From Syntrophorhabdaceae bacterium (GTDB lineage: Bacteria > Desulfobacterota > Syntrophorhabdia > Syntrophorhabdales > Syntrophorhabdaceae): a stretch of DNA of 64,000 bases. The position numbers were made by a program, and so were the translations under genes. Location of the stretch: contig OY762209.1 of assembly GCA_963665295.1 (NCBI GenBank), positions 1,216,001 to 1,280,000 on the forward strand, given 5' to 3'. How positions within the stretch are numbered: the first letter of the stretch is position 1; the number at the start of each line of letters is the position of its first letter. Below the pieces are notes generated by a model. It made no database searches and was not told where the DNA came from. It was given only the letters and a program-made list of their open reading frames with translations. Below, in pieces: positions 11,442 to 24,200 of the stretch.

Positions 11442-11871
11442 GGTTCTTCTCCTTTGCAGATCGCAGCTATTCGGGCTGGACCATCCAGCCCCTAAAAATG
11501 ACACAAATCAGCGCAGATGGCAAGCCGGAAAAGGCCGGTGCAGAAGAAATCCGCCCGGCCCATTCCGGGACAGGCGGTATGAGGCAGTATTTTGTCAAAA
11601 TATTCCGCGAAAAATGCCCCAAAAGAACGCTGAACCCTTGACGGCAGGCGCGATATCTGCTAGACTCATCATGGAAAGTAACGCACCACGCCAGGCCCAT
11701 CCGGTAAAACCCCGCTTTTGCGCGACTGCATAAGGATATGAGGGCGGAAAGGGGACGGGCGGGTTAGTGCAATAGACGATATATGCATACCGAAAGACCA
11801 GCCAGGACCAGAGAAATGACACATTTCCGCACAAACCTCTTGACATATGGTCTGATTTGTTTTATCAACTA

Positions 11872-11901
11872 TTGCTTTTTGCGAACTGCTTATACTATAA
11901 T
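11872..11901 (+). promoter_or_regulatory. Probable promoter of the tRNA-tuf operon
   Basis: TTGCTT-N18-TATAAT ending 10 nt before tRNA-Thr. Confidence 0.5.
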
Positions 11902-11911
11902 TACAGTTTCC

Positions 11912-11984
11912 GCTGGTGTAGCTCAATCGGCAGAGCAGCTGATTTGTAATCAGCAGGTTGCGGGTTCGAGTCCCATCACCAGCT
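11912..11984 (+). tRNA. tRNA-Thr(TGT), CCA not encoded
   Basis: Cloverleaf GCTGGTG...CACCAGC, anticodon loop TTTGTAA. Confidence 0.95.
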
Positions 11985-11987
11985 AAT

Positions 11988-12072
11988 GGAGAGGTTCCCG
12001 AGCGGCCAAAGGGGGCAGACTGTAAATCTGTTGTCTCAGACTTCGGAGGTTCGATCCCTCCCCTCTCCACCA
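11988..12072 (+). tRNA. tRNA-Tyr(GTA)
   Basis: GGAGAGG...CCTCTCCACCA, anticodon loop CTGTAAA, long variable arm. Confidence 0.97.
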
Positions 12073-12246
12073 TATTTCTCAGGTGGTGGCAAATAACCCC
12101 TGGCGAACGGCCGGAAAAGAGTTCGCCGGAGGGGCTGTATATTGTGTCAAGGAAAGATGTTTTTTCTGATGTGACGTGGTCAATAAGCGGCGGATGTCTT
12201 ATATTATCATTATTGGCCAAAAAGGGAACTAAAGAAATTAAAGAAG

Positions 12247-12323
12247 GCGGGAGTAGCTCAGTTGGTTAGAGCATCAGCCTTCCAAGCTGAGGGTCGCGGG
12301 TTCGAGTCCCGTTTCCCGCTCCA
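12247..12323 (+). tRNA. tRNA-Gly(TCC)
   Basis: GCGGGAG...TTCCCGCTCCA, anticodon loop CTTCCAA. Confidence 0.97.
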
Positions 12324-12331
12324 AAAATCGT

Positions 12332-12426
12332 AGCGGGTGATTCGTCGCCCGCTCCAAAAAACACGAGTAGGTTGTTACATCGCCTGCTGGAAAAGAATAA
12401 GGCGGGTCAAAAGTTCAGCCCGCTCT
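12332..12426 (+). repeat. Three ~35-nt spaced hairpins resembling the tRNA-Gly acceptor stem
   Basis: AGCGGGT..GCCCGCT (12332), AGTAGGT..GCCTGCT (12366), GGCGGGT..GCCCGCT (12401). Confidence 0.6.
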
Positions 12427-12430
12427 ATTT

Positions 12431-12505
12431 GCCCGCGTAGCTCAGTGGTAGAGCACCTCCTTGGTAAGGAGGTGGTCACCGGTTCAATCCCGGTCGTGGG
12501 CTCCA
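12431..12505 (+). tRNA. tRNA-Thr(GGT)
   Basis: GCCCGCG...CGTGGGCTCCA, anticodon loop TTGGTAA. Confidence 0.97.
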
Positions 12506-12530
12506 TAAAAAACAGTAACGGAGGTTCTAT

Positions 12531-13730
<1,200 letters not shown>

Positions 13731-13751
13731 AATAAGGGCAAGGTGTAGAAA

Positions 13752-13901
13752 ATGAGGCAATTAGTGATACTTGCATGTACCGACTGCAAGAATAGAAACT
13801 ATACAACGACGAAGAACAAACAGAAGACGCCGGACAGGCTGGAACTCAAAAAATATTGCAACAACTGTAAGAAGCACACCTCTCACAGGGAGACAAAATA
13901 A
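13752..13901 (+). CDS. rpmG: 50S ribosomal protein L33 (zinc-binding form)
   Basis: Not in ORF track; translates [49 protein letters not shown]. Confidence 0.97.
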   Translation: MRQLVILACTDCKNRNYTTTKNKQKTPDRLELKKYCNNCKKHTSHRETK

Positions 13902-13903
13902 AA

Positions 13904-13977
13904 AGGCCAGTAGCTCTAACGGATAGAGCACCGGACTCCAAATCCGGGTGTTGGGGGTTCGAATCCCTCCTGGCCTG
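13904..13977 (+). tRNA. tRNA-Trp(CCA), CCA end not encoded
   Basis: AGGCCAG...CTGGCCTG, anticodon loop CTCCAAA, canonical position before secE. Confidence 0.96.
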
Positions 13978-13995
13978 CAAAACTATGGAGACACC

Positions 13996-14199
13996 ATGGA
14001 TTTCAAAGAAAAGACTGAAAAGGTCAAGGACTACTTCCGGGAAGTGTACATGGAAGGTAAAAGGGTCACCTGGCCGTCCAGAAAGGACGCGCTGAAGGGG
14101 ACCTATGTGGTCCTCATCACCACGGTGATAGCGGCCGCGTTCCTCGGTATAGTGGACGTGGGGCTGGCAAAGACGATACAGGCGATATTGCGTGGATAA
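13996..14199 (+). CDS. secE: Preprotein translocase subunit SecE
   Basis: RVTWPSRK motif plus one TM; between tRNA-Trp and nusG. Confidence 0.95.
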   Translation: MDFKEKTEKVKDYFREVYMEGKRVTWPSRKDALKGTYVVLITTVIAAAFLGIVDVGLAKTIQAILRG

Positions 14200-14767
14200 T
14201 AATAACGATATGACCGCAGAGACTGCAGGGACCGTGGAGAAGAAGTGGTACGTAGTCCACACGTACTCCGGGTACGAGCAGAAAGTAAAGGAAGCCCTTG
14301 AGGATGCGATCAAGACCGCCAAGATGGAAGGCCAGTTTGGCGATATCATCGTTCCCTCCGAGGTCATCATGGAGCGGGTAAAGGGCAACATCAAGAAATC
14401 CCAGAGAACAGTCTTCCCAGGGTATATTATCGTAAACATGGCCATGAATAACGATACCTGGTATCTGGTGCGGAATACGCCGAAGGTAACGGGTTTCGTG
14501 GGTTATGACAAGATGAACCCCCCTCCTTTGCCGGAAAAGGAAGTAAAAGACATTATATATGCGATCCAGGAAGGGAAGGGAAAGATCAAGCCGAAGATCC
14601 GGTTCGAAAAGGGTGATACCATCAAGGTCACGGAAGGGCCTTTCATGAATTTCACCGGGACCGTCGAGGAGATCAAGCCGGAGAAGGGCAAGGTGAAGGT
14701 GCTCCTTAACATCTTCGGCAGAACCACTCCCGTGGAACTGGATTTTATACAGATTGAAAAAACGTAA
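14192..14767 (+). CDS. nusG: Transcription factor NusG
   Basis: WYVVHTYSGYE, FPGY, KOW domain; start may be ATG 14210. Confidence 0.97.
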   Translation: MDNNNDMTAETAGTVEKKWYVVHTYSGYEQKVKEALEDAIKTAKMEGQFGDIIVPSEVIMERVKGNIKKSQRTVFPGYIIVNMAMNNDTWYLVRNTPKVTGFVGYDKMNPPPLPEKEVKDIIYAIQEGKGKIKPKIRFEKGDTIKVTEGPFMNFTGTVEEIKPEKGKVKVLLNIFGRTTPVELDFIQIEKT

Positions 14768-14779
14768 AGGAGTTTTGAA

Positions 14780-15208
14780 ATGGCGAAAAAAGTCGTTGCT
14801 ATGGTAAAATTGCAGTTGCAAGCAGGTCAGGCAACCCCTTCACCGCCTGTTGGACCGGCCCTTGGCCAGCACGGTGTAAATATAATGGAATTCTGTAAGG
14901 CTTTCAACGAGAAGACGAGAAGCCAGGAAGGCACCATTATCCCGGCTCAGATTACCATTTTTTCCGACAGGACTTTCACATTTGTGACCAAGACGCCCCC
15001 GGCCACGTTCCTCATCAAGAAGGCGGCGAAGCTCGCGAAAGGCGCCAACAACCCGAAGAAGGAAGTGGCGGGCAGTATCACGAAATCACAGATAGAAGAG
15101 ATTGCGCAGTTGAAGATGCCGGACCTCAATGCGAAGGATATGGCCGGAGCCATGAAGATTATCGAAGGCTCGGCGCGGAGCATGGGGCTAGAAGTAGTGG
15201 AAGGATAG
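14780..15208 (+). CDS. rplK: 50S ribosomal protein L11
   Basis: [15 protein letters not shown]. Confidence 0.99.
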   Translation: MAKKVVAMVKLQLQAGQATPSPPVGPALGQHGVNIMEFCKAFNEKTRSQEGTIIPAQITIFSDRTFTFVTKTPPATFLIKKAAKLAKGANNPKKEVAGSITKSQIEEIAQLKMPDLNAKDMAGAMKIIEGSARSMGLEVVEG

Positions 15209-15324
15209 ACGAATCAGCTATCTTAATGAGATGGCTATCAGCTTTCAAAAAGAGACCGAAGCCTCCGGGCCACGGTCTTTTGGTGATTGCTGACCGATGA
15301 CCGCTTAAGAATAAGGAGCAGGAG

Positions 15325-16029
15325 ATGCCAAAGGATACGAAGAAGTATGGAGAAGCGAAAGGAAAGGTAGACAGAGAGAAGAGATACATGATGGACGAGG
15401 CGATGGAGCTGTTGCCTCAGATCGCGTACGCGAAATTTGACGAGACCGTCGAACTGGCCCTCAGACTCGGTGTTGACCCGAGACATGCGGACCAGATGGT
15501 AAGAGGAAGCGTGGTTCTGCCCAATGGATTGGGCAAGAAGGTGCGCGTCCTTGTCTTCGCAAAAGGCCAGAAAGAGAAGGAAGCGGAAGAGGCAGGGGCC
15601 GATTTCGTGGGCGCCGAGGATTTGATCGACAAGATTCAAAAAGGTTGGACCGATTTCGATAAGACCATCGCGACACCCGATATGATGGGCCAGGTGAGTA
15701 AACTTGGTAAGATACTGGGACCCCGCGGGCTTATGCCCAACCCTAAAGTCGGCACCGTTACCTTTGAAATAGGCAAGACCGTAAAGGAAATGAAGGCAGG
15801 AAGGGTTGAGTTCAGGGTCGATAAGGCCGGGAACCTGCACATTCCTGTGGGAAAAGTAAGTTTTGGAAAAGATAAGCTGTTAGAGAACGTTAACTCACTC
15901 ATTGACGCCGTTATCAGGCTCAAGCCTCCTTCAAGCAAAGGGACCTACGTAAAGGGCATTGCCGTTTCCACCACCATGAGTCCCGGTATAAAGGTCGACC
16001 CCGCCTATGCGCGGAGCCTGACGAAATAG
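15325..16029 (+). CDS. rplA: 50S ribosomal protein L1
   Basis: [18 protein letters not shown]. Confidence 0.99.
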   Translation: MPKDTKKYGEAKGKVDREKRYMMDEAMELLPQIAYAKFDETVELALRLGVDPRHADQMVRGSVVLPNGLGKKVRVLVFAKGQKEKEAEEAGADFVGAEDLIDKIQKGWTDFDKTIATPDMMGQVSKLGKILGPRGLMPNPKVGTVTFEIGKTVKEMKAGRVEFRVDKAGNLHIPVGKVSFGKDKLLENVNSLIDAVIRLKPPSSKGTYVKGIAVSTTMSPGIKVDPAYARSLTK

Positions 16030-16036
16030 GGAACAG

Positions 16037-16085
16037 GTCAGAGAAAGTAGGTGCTATATGTTAAACGAATACGGCCTACTGAGAC
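16037..16085 (+). promoter_or_regulatory. L10 leader autoregulatory RNA
   Basis: GTCAGAGAAAGTAGGTG...TTAA...CCTACTGAGAC matches the L10 leader pattern, upstream of rplJ. Confidence 0.75.
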
Positions 16086-16149
16086 TTTCTACATTGCCGT
16101 CTCCCTGACTTTCCATACATATCTTAGTAGAAAGGAGGGATGAAAACCA

Positions 16150-16674
16150 TTGGAAAGACAAAAGAAAGAACAGGTTGTTGTGGAACTTGGAGCGAAGCTT
16201 AAGAAGCTGGACTGCATGTTCCTCGCAGAGTACAGCGGCATGAGCGTCGCCCAGACGACGAAGCTCAGGCGCGAACTGCGCAACGTGGACACCGAGTTCA
16301 ATGTCGTGAAGAACAGTCTTCTCACGATAGCCTCGGAAGGCACCAAAGCTGCAGTGCTGAAGGACCGGTTTTCCGGACCTAACGCGATCATCTGCATCAA
16401 CAAGGACCCCACAGGCGCAGCAAAAGTCATCGCGGGCCTTGCGAAAGAAATGCCTAATCTGAAGCTCAAGGCGGGTTATCTGGGGACCCAGGTAATGTCG
16501 CCTGAAGAGATTCTGAAGCTTGCAACGTTGCCGTCTCACGATATCCTCGTGGCCCAGTTGCTCGGGCTGCTGCAGGGCGTGCCGCAGAGATTCGTATACG
16601 TGCTTTCGGGCAATCTTCAGAAGCTGATGAATGCGTTGAATGCGATAAAAACTCAAAAAGAAGAAGCAGCGTAA
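16150..16674 (+). CDS. rplJ: 50S ribosomal protein L10 (TTG start)
   Basis: VVKNSL and LATLPS motifs; synteny. Confidence 0.97.
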   Translation: MERQKKEQVVVELGAKLKKLDCMFLAEYSGMSVAQTTKLRRELRNVDTEFNVVKNSLLTIASEGTKAAVLKDRFSGPNAIICINKDPTGAAKVIAGLAKEMPNLKLKAGYLGTQVMSPEEILKLATLPSHDILVAQLLGLLQGVPQRFVYVLSGNLQKLMNALNAIKTQKEEAA

Positions 16675-16689
16675 AAGGAGGATATAAGA

Positions 16690-17073
16690 ATGGCTACAAG
16701 AGAAGAAGTCATACAGTACATTGAGAACATGACAGTTCTCGAACTCTCTGAATTTATAAAGGTTTTGGAAGAGAAATTCGGAGTCAGCGCAGCAATGCCC
16801 ATGATGGCGGCAGCAGGCCCGGCAGCACCCGCGGCAGCAGCAGCGCCGGTAGAGGAGCAGACTGAATTCAACGTAATCCTTACGGGTTATGAGGCAGAGA
16901 AGAAGATCCAGGTGATCAAGGTCGTAAGACAGATCACGAGCCTGGGCCTTAAGGAAGCAAAAGACCTGGTCGAGGGCGTACCCAAGCCGGTAAAGGAAGC
17001 CGTATCCAAGGACGAAGCTGCAAATATCAAGAAGCTTCTTGAAGAAGTGAGCGGTCAGGTGAAAGTAGAGTAG
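16690..17073 (+). CDS. rplL: 50S ribosomal protein L7/L12
   Basis: EEKFGVSAA hinge, [11 protein letters not shown]. Confidence 0.99.
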   Translation: MATREEVIQYIENMTVLELSEFIKVLEEKFGVSAAMPMMAAAGPAAPAAAAAPVEEQTEFNVILTGYEAEKKIQVIKVVRQITSLGLKEAKDLVEGVPKPVKEAVSKDEAANIKKLLEEVSGQVKVE

Positions 17074-17098
17074 TCACGCAGCAACAATCAGGATATAG

Positions 17099-17134
17099 TA
17101 GCGTATAGCGGCCGAAAGCGGCCGCTATACGCTA
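17099..17134. promoter_or_regulatory. Perfect 16-bp hairpin between rplL and rpoB
   Basis: TAGCGTATAGCGGCCG-AAAG-CGGCCGCTATACGCTA, no U tract. Confidence 0.65.
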
Positions 17135-17146
17135 ATCCATTAAGAG

Positions 17147-20100
17147 GTGAACAAAAATATGAGGGAAACCTTTAACAACAGGATATTTAGAAAGAACTAC
17201 GGGAAGATTAAAGAGGTCCTCGACATCCCGAACCTGATCGAGATCCAGCTTGATTCCTATGAGAAGTTCCTTCAGGAGGATATTCCTCTCGACCAGCGGG
17301 ATAACATAGGTCTGCAAGCGGTATTCAACAGTGTCTTTCCAATAAAAGATTCCCACGACACCACCTCCCTTGAGTTTGTGAAATATGAGATAGGTGACCC
17401 GAAGAATACCGAAGAAGAATGCCTCGTGAGAGGACTTAACTTTGCCGCGCCCATGAAGGTGACCATTCGCCTTGTGGTATGGAATGTTGACCCGGACACA
17501 AAGATTAAAGATATCAGGGCAATAAAAGAACAGGATGTATATTTCGGAGAGATCCCTCTTATGACGGAGAGGGGCACGTTCATTATAAACGGCACCGAGA
17601 GAGTGATCGTAAGCCAGTTGCACAGGTCTCCCGGCGTCTATTTCGATACGGACCAGTCAAAGTCGCCGTTGAGCGGCACTGTTTCTTACACGGCACGGAT
17701 AATCCCATACAGAGGCTCATGGCTGGATTTTGAGTTTGATTCCAAAGAGCTCGCGTATGTGAGGATAGATAAGAAGAAGAAAATACCCGTTACACTCCTC
17801 CTGAAGTCTCTCGGGTTCCCGGAGAAAGAGATTCTCGATTACTTCTATGACAAGGAGATCGTTAAGATAAAGGATGACAGGCTGTTCAAGGAAACGCCCC
17901 CCGCGCTCCTCGTGGGGCAGAAGTCGCCGTCGGACATCGTGAACGCGGAGACGGAAGAAGTGCTGGTGAAGAAACACAAGAAGATCACCAAGGGCGTGAT
18001 AAAGAAGATGGAACATGCCCACATAACGGAGATCGCCGTAGAGGAAGAGGACGTGGTGGGCAGAATTACCGCGAACAACGTGCTTGACCCCGAGACGAAG
18101 GAAGTGCTGATCCCCATAAACAGGGAGGTCACGAAGGAAGAACTGACCAAGGCAATAGACAGGGGCGTGACGAGCTTCGAGATCCTTTTCATCGATAACC
18201 TCACGGTAAGCTCCTCACTCAGGAATACGCTCCTCACGGACAAGGCTTCGGCCAAAGAGGACGCCCTTCTTGAGATATACAGAAAACTAAGGCCCGGCGA
18301 TCCCCCCACCATAGAATTCGCCGAGGCGCTGATTCATAACATGTTCTTCAGCCCCGAAAGGTACGACCTTTCGAGGGTGGGACGGCTTAAGATCAACCAC
18401 AGACTTAACCTCGACATTCCCCTCGATGTTTCGGTCCTCCGCAAGGAAGACATCATCGAAGTGGTGAAGCAGCTTATAAGATTGAAAGACGCGAGGGGAC
18501 CCGGGGACGACATCGACCACCTGGGGAACAGGCGCGTGAGGACTGTGGGCGAGCTTCTTGAAAACCAGTTCCGTATGGGACTTGTAAGGATGGAGAGGGC
18601 CATCAAGGAAAGGCTCACCTTCCCCGAGATGGAAACCCTCATGCCCCACGACCTCGTGAACCCGAAACCCGTGGCCACGGCGGTGAAGGATTTCTTTGCA
18701 AGCAGTCAGCTTTCCCAGTTCATGGACCAGACCAACCCTCTGAGCGAGATCACGCACAAGAGACGGCTTTCCGCTCTTGGACCGGGTGGACTCACGAGGG
18801 AAAGGGCGGGATTCGAGGTGAGGGACGTACACCCCACCCATTACGGGAGGATATGCCCCATCGAGACGCCTGAAGGACCGAATATCGGGTTGATCGCCTC
18901 TCTTTCCACCTACGCGAAGGTCAACGAATTCGGGTTTATCGAGGCCCCTTACCGACAGGTACTCGACGGACGGGTAACGGACAACATACACTACCTGAGC
19001 GCCCTTGAAGAGGAGCAGTTCTTCATCGCCCAGGCAAACGCGCCTGTTGACAAGGACGGGAGGTTTACGGAAGAACTTGTTTCCGCACAGAAAGGCGGAG
19101 GATTCTACCTCATCACTCCCGACCAGGTGAATTTCATGGACGTTTCTCCGAAGCAGCTCGTAAGCGCTTCGGCATCGCTCATCCCCTTCCTGGAGCACGA
19201 TGATGCAAACAGGGCCCTCATGGGCTCGAACATGCAGAGGCAGGCGGTGCCCCTCGTAATTACCGAGACCCCCTTCATCGGCACGGGCATGGAAAAGGTG
19301 GTGGGAAGGGACTCGCGGGTTACCGTCTCCGCCAAACATACGGGCGTGGTCAAGAGTGTGGACGCGAACCGGATCATCCTCAAGTACGAGGAGAAGGGAA
19401 AGAACGACGAGCCTGTTACGAAAATAGACGTATATAATCTCTTGAAATTCAGAAGATCGAACCAGGATACCTGCATAAATCAAAGGGTTATCGTAAAAGA
19501 GGGCGATTATGTGAAGAAGGGCGACGTCCTCGCCGACGGGCCGTCCACGGAGAGAGGGGAACTCGCCCTCGGAAAGAACGTGATGGTCGCCTTCATGCCC
19601 TGGAGAGGATACAACTACGAGGACTCCGTGCTCATAAACGAGAGACTCGTGAAGGAAGACGTGCTCACCTCCATCCACATAGAGGAACTGGAGTGCGTAT
19701 TGAGGGACACCAAGCTCGGAAAGGAAGAAGTGACCCGGGACATCCCGAACGTGGGCGAGGAGACTTTGAAAGACCTCGATGAAAGCGGCATCGTGCGCAT
19801 CGGCGCCACGGTGAAGCCCGGAGACATACTGGTGGGAAAGGTGACCCCCAAAGGGGAGACCCAGCTCACACCGGAAGAGAAGCTGCTCCGCGCCATATTC
19901 GGCGAAAAGGCGGGGGACGTGAAGGACACGTCGCTCAGGGTGCCCCACGGCATCGAAGGTATCGTCACCGATGTGAAGGTGTTGTCCCGCAGGGGAATAG
20001 ACAAGGACGACAGAAGCAAGGACATCGAGGATAAAGAGATATCGAACATATTGAAGGACCAGGAAGATCAGATCAAGATCATCCTCGAGGGGACGAGGGA

Positions 20101-21274
20101 AAAGGTAAGGGCCCTCCTTCTCGACAAGCCCCTTGCAGGGGATGTAAAGGACGAGAAGGGCAAGGTCTTCATGAAGAAGGGAGAGGTGCTCGCGAGGGAG
20201 AAGATCGACGCCATCGGTCTCGACAAGCTTGCGGACATGGACTTCGGAGAGGAACAGATGAATGGGAGGATCGCGAAGATCCTCGACAGCAAAGACAACC
20301 AGATAGAGATCATAAGGCTCTATTACGAAGATAAGATCAACAAGATAAAGAAGGGCGATGAGCTTCCGCCCGGGGTCATCAAGACCATCAAGGTCTACGT
20401 GGCCATGAAAAGGAAGATTGCGGTGGGCGACAAGATATCGGGGCGCCACGGCAACAAGGGTATCGTATCCGTCATCCTTCCCGAGGAAGACATGCCGTTC
20501 ATGGAAGACGGGACCGCGTTGGACATCGTGTTGAACCCCCTCGGTGTGCCCTCGCGAATGAACGCGGGCCAGATCCTGGAGACCCATCTCGGATGGGCCG
20601 CCAAGGAGCTGGGCAAGAGAATAGGCGACATGGTGGACAATTACTACAAACGCTGCTGTTCACCGGAGATAATAAAGAACTACCTTCACAAGGTGTTCGA
20701 TAACAATGAGCTGAGAGGCTTTGTGGAAAGGTTGTCCGATGAGGACATAGTCACCCTTGCCGAGCAGATGAGGAACGGGGTCCACATCGCCGTCCCTGTC
20801 TTCGACGGCGCCAAGGAAGAAGAGATCCATGAGCTCTTCAAAACGGCGGGTCTCCGCGACAGCAGGCAGACTACCCTTTTCGACGGGCGGACAGGAGTGC
20901 CCTTCCACCACCAGATTACGGTCGGCTACATGTACTTCCTGAAACTGCATCACCTTGTTGACGATAAGATCCATGCCCGGTCCATCGGGCCGTACTCCCT
21001 CGTTACCCAGCAGCCTCTCGGAGGAAAGGCCCAGTTCGGCGGCCAGAGGCTCGGGGAAATGGAAGTGTGGGCCCTCGAAGGGTATGGCGCCGCATATTCG
21101 CTCCAGGAGTTTCTCACCATCAAGTCGGATGACGTGAACGGGAGGATCAGGGCGTATGAGGCTATCGTGAAGGGAGAGGATGTGCTTGAACCGAGCCTGC
21201 CGGAATCCTTCAACGTTCTGGTGAAGGAATTACAGAGCTTGTGCATAAATGTGGACCTCATAAAAGAGGAATAG
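17147..21274 (+). CDS. rpoB: RNA polymerase beta subunit
   Basis: [26 protein letters not shown]. Confidence 0.99.
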   Translation: MNKNMRETFNNRIFRKNYGKIKEVLDIPNLIEIQLDSYEKFLQEDIPLDQRDNIGLQAVFNSVFPIKDSHDTTSLEFVKYEIGDPKNTEEECLVRGLNFAAPMKVTIRLVVWNVDPDTKIKDIRAIKEQDVYFGEIPLMTERGTFIINGTERVIVSQLHRSPGVYFDTDQSKSPLSGTVSYTARIIPYRGSWLDFEFDSKELAYVRIDKKKKIPVTLLLKSLGFPEKEILDYFYDKEIVKIKDDRLFKETPPALLVGQKSPSDIVNAETEEVLVKKHKKITKGVIKKMEHAHITEIAVEEEDVVGRITANNVLDPETKEVLIPINREVTKEELTKAIDRGVTSFEILFIDNLTVSSSLRNTLLTDKASAKEDALLEIYRKLRPGDPPTIEFAEALIHNMFFSPERYDLSRVGRLKINHRLNLDIPLDVSVLRKEDIIEVVKQLIRLKDARGPGDDIDHLGNRRVRTVGELLENQFRMGLVRMERAIKERLTFPEMETLMPHDLVNPKPVATAVKDFFASSQLSQFMDQTNPLSEITHKRRLSALGPGGLTRERAGFEVRDVHPTHYGRICPIETPEGPNIGLIASLSTYAKVNEFGFIEAPYRQVLDGRVTDNIHYLSALEEEQFFIAQANAPVDKDGRFTEELVSAQKGGGFYLITPDQVNFMDVSPKQLVSASASLIPFLEHDDANRALMGSNMQRQAVPLVITETPFIGTGMEKVVGRDSRVTVSAKHTGVVKSVDANRIILKYEEKGKNDEPVTKIDVYNLLKFRRSNQDTCINQRVIVKEGDYVKKGDVLADGPSTERGELALGKNVMVAFMPWRGYNYEDSVLINERLVKEDVLTSIHIEELECVLRDTKLGKEEVTRDIPNVGEETLKDLDESGIVRIGATVKPGDILVGKVTPKGETQLTPEEKLLRAIFGEKAGDVKDTSLRVPHGIEGIVTDVKVLSRRGIDKDDRSKDIEDKEISNILKDQEDQIKIILEGTREKVRALLLDKPLAGDVKDEKGKVFMKKGEVLAREKIDAIGLDKLADMDFGEEQMNGRIAKILDSKDNQIEIIRLYYEDKINKIKKGDELPPGVIKTIKVYVAMKRKIAVGDKISGRHGNKGIVSVILPEEDMPFMEDGTALDIVLNPLGVPSRMNAGQILETHLGWAAKELGKRIGDMVDNYYKRCCSPEIIKNYLHKVFDNNELRGFVERLSDEDIVTLAEQMRNGVHIAVPVFDGAKEEEIHELFKTAGLRDSRQTTLFDGRTGVPFHHQITVGYMYFLKLHHLVDDKIHARSIGPYSLVTQQPLGGKAQFGGQRLGEMEVWALEGYGAAYSLQEFLTIKSDDVNGRIRAYEAIVKGEDVLEPSLPESFNVLVKELQSLCINVDLIKEE

Positions 21275-21286
21275 GAGGGCATAACA

Positions 21287-24200
21287 TTGGACGATTATTT
21301 TAAGATATTAGATAAACAGAAAGACCCGCTCAGTTATGCAGCCATCAAAATATCTCTCGCATCCCCGGATCTGATCGAAAAATGGTCATACGGAGAGGTG
21401 AAGAAACCGGAAACTATCAATTACCGCACCTTTAAACCGGAGCGGGACGGACTTTTCTGCGCAAAGATTTTTGGGCCTGTGAAGGATTACGAGTGCATCT
21501 GCGGGAAGTACAAGCGGATGAAACACAGGGGCATCATCTGTGAGAAGTGTGGTGTAGAGGTTATACAGTCGAAGGTAAGAAGGGAAAGGATGGGCCATAT
21601 TCAGCTCGCCTGCCCCGTTGCCCATATATGGTTTTTGAAGAGCATGCCCAGCAAGATCGGGACCCTCCTCGAACTTACCATAAAAGAGGTTGAGAGGGTT
21701 CTTTACTTTGAGCAGTACATCGTTATCGAGCCGGGCAACTCCCCTCACGAATTCTGTGAGCTTATAAGCGAGGAGAAATACCTCGAAGGAAGAGAAAAAT
21801 ACGGCGCCACCTTTATTGGTGGGATCGGTGCCGAGGCAATGAGAGAGTGCCTCAAGAAGATTGAAATAGAAGACCTCACCAGGAAACTGAGAGAGGAGAT
21901 GCGGGATACGGCGAGCGACGCAAAGAAGAAGAAACTCGCCCGCAGGCTGAAGGTCGTCGATGCGTTCAGGGTCTCCGGCGTGAAACCCGAATGGATGATA
22001 CTCGACATCATACCCGTTCTTCCGCCGGAACTGAGGCCTCTCGTGCCTCTCGACGGAGGCAGGTTTGCCACATCCGACCTGAACGACCTTTACCGCAGGG
22101 TCATAAACAGGAACAACAGGCTGAAAAGGCTCATGGAGCTCAATGCGCCGGAGATCATCATAAGGAACGAAAAACGGATGCTCCAGGAGGCGGTGGACGC
22201 CCTCTTCGACAACTCGAAGAGAGGCAGGGTCGTAACGGGAGCGAGCAAAAGACCGCTCAAATCGTTGAGCGATATGCTCCGTGGGAAGCAGGGAAGGTTC
22301 CGTCAGAACCTCCTTGGAAAAAGGGTTGACTACTCAGGCAGGTCCGTCATCGTGGTGGGACCCGAACTGAGGCTGCACCAGTGCGGCCTTCCGAAATACA
22401 TGGCCCTCGAGCTCTTCAAGCCTTTTGTGTACAACGGGCTTATCCAGAAGGGCTTTGCCACTACCATAAAGAACGCGAAAAAGATCGTGGAGAAGGAAAG
22501 GCCCGAGGTTTGGGACGTGCTCGAAGAGGTGATCAAAGAGCACCCCGTGCTCCTGAACAGGGCGCCCACGCTGCACAGGCTCGGCATTCAGGCCTTTGAG
22601 CCGCAGCTTATCGACGGAAAGGCGATACAGCTTCATCCTCTCGTATGTCCTGCCTACAATGCGGACTTCGACGGGGACCAGATGGCAGTGCACATTCCGC
22701 TGTCCACCGAGGCCCAGACGGAAGCGAGGGTCCTCATGATGTCAACGAACAACATCCTGTCCCCGGCGAGTGGAAAGCCTATTATAGTACCCACCCAGGA
22801 CATCGTCCTCGGTCTCTACTACCTCACCATCGACAGAAAATACGTGAAGGGTGAGGGCAAGATCTTTGCCGACCCGGAAGAGGTAATCATCGCCTACGAT
22901 GCAGGCGAGGTAGACCTCCATGCGAAGATAAAGGTAAGGATACTCGGTGAAATCCTCGACACCACCACCGGAAGGGTAATGCTCCGGGACGTGGTGGAGA
23001 ATGCCCTCATGGAACTGGAAGAGGAGCAGAGGGCGAAAATTGTAAAGGACATGTGGAGCCTCATGAACCGGGTCATGGACAAGAAGACCATAGCCCAGCT
23101 CGTTGACAAGTGCTACAGGGAAGGCGGAGAAAAGGTCACCGTCATCCTTTCCGACAGGCTCAAGGACCTCGGTTACTTCTATGCGACCCTGGGCGGCATT
23201 TCCATAAGTGTTGACGATATGAAGATCCCCACCAAAAAGAAGGATCTCCTGGATCAGGCGAACAAGGACGTTATCGATGTCCAGAGGCAGCACTCCGAGG
23301 GTCTCATCACGGATGGCGAGCGGTACAACAAGGTTATCGATATCTGGGCCGACGTCACCGAGAGGATTGCAGACGAGTTGATGAAGGAACTCGGGTCCGA
23401 GAAGGTGCAGAGCCCCACAGGGGAATGGGAGTACCAGAACAGCCTCAACCCCATATTCATGATGGCCCACTCAGGCGCGAGAGGAAGCGCGCAGCAGATC
23501 AGGCAGCTCGCGGGCATGAGGGGACTCATGGCGAAACCTTCGGGCGAAATCATAGAAACACCGATTACAAGCAATTTCAGGGAGGGTCTGGACGTCCTCC
23601 AGTACTTTATATCGACTCACGGCGCCAGGAAGGGTCTCGCGGATACGGCGCTTAAAACCGCAAATTCAGGCTACCTTACAAGGAGGCTCGTTGACGCGGC
23701 CCAGGATGTGGTGGTGTCCGAAATCGACTGCGGCACCTTTGACGGTATCGAGGTAAGCTCCCTCATCGAGGGCGGCGAGGTAATAGAACACTTGGGCGCC
23801 AGAATCCTGGGCAGGGTAGTGCTCGAAGACCTCAAAGACCCTGATGGTGAGACCATAGTCGCAAAGAACGAAGAGATCAGGGAAGTTCACCTGAAGGCCA
23901 TAGAGGACGCGGGCTACGAAAAGATCAGGATACGGTCCGCCCTTACGTGCCGGTCCAAGAGAGGCGTCTGCGTACTCTGCTACGGCAGGGACCTGTCACG
24001 AGGACGGCTTGTAAGCATCGGCGAAGCAGTGGGTATCGTCGCAGCTCAGTCGATCGGCGAGCCGGGAACGCAGCTCACCATGAGGACATTCCATATCGGC
24101 GGCGCTGCATCCAGGCGTGTCGAGCAGTCCACCCTTGAGGCAAGAGGGGAGGGCTACATAAAGCTCATCAACGTGAAGGTCGTGGTAAACAGGGACAACA

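Noticed and set aside
18287..20587. 766-aa minus-strand ORF and many other long antisense ORFs
   Set aside because: Shadows of rpoB, rpoC, leuA and similar genes caused by codon bias in GC-rich DNA; no motifs
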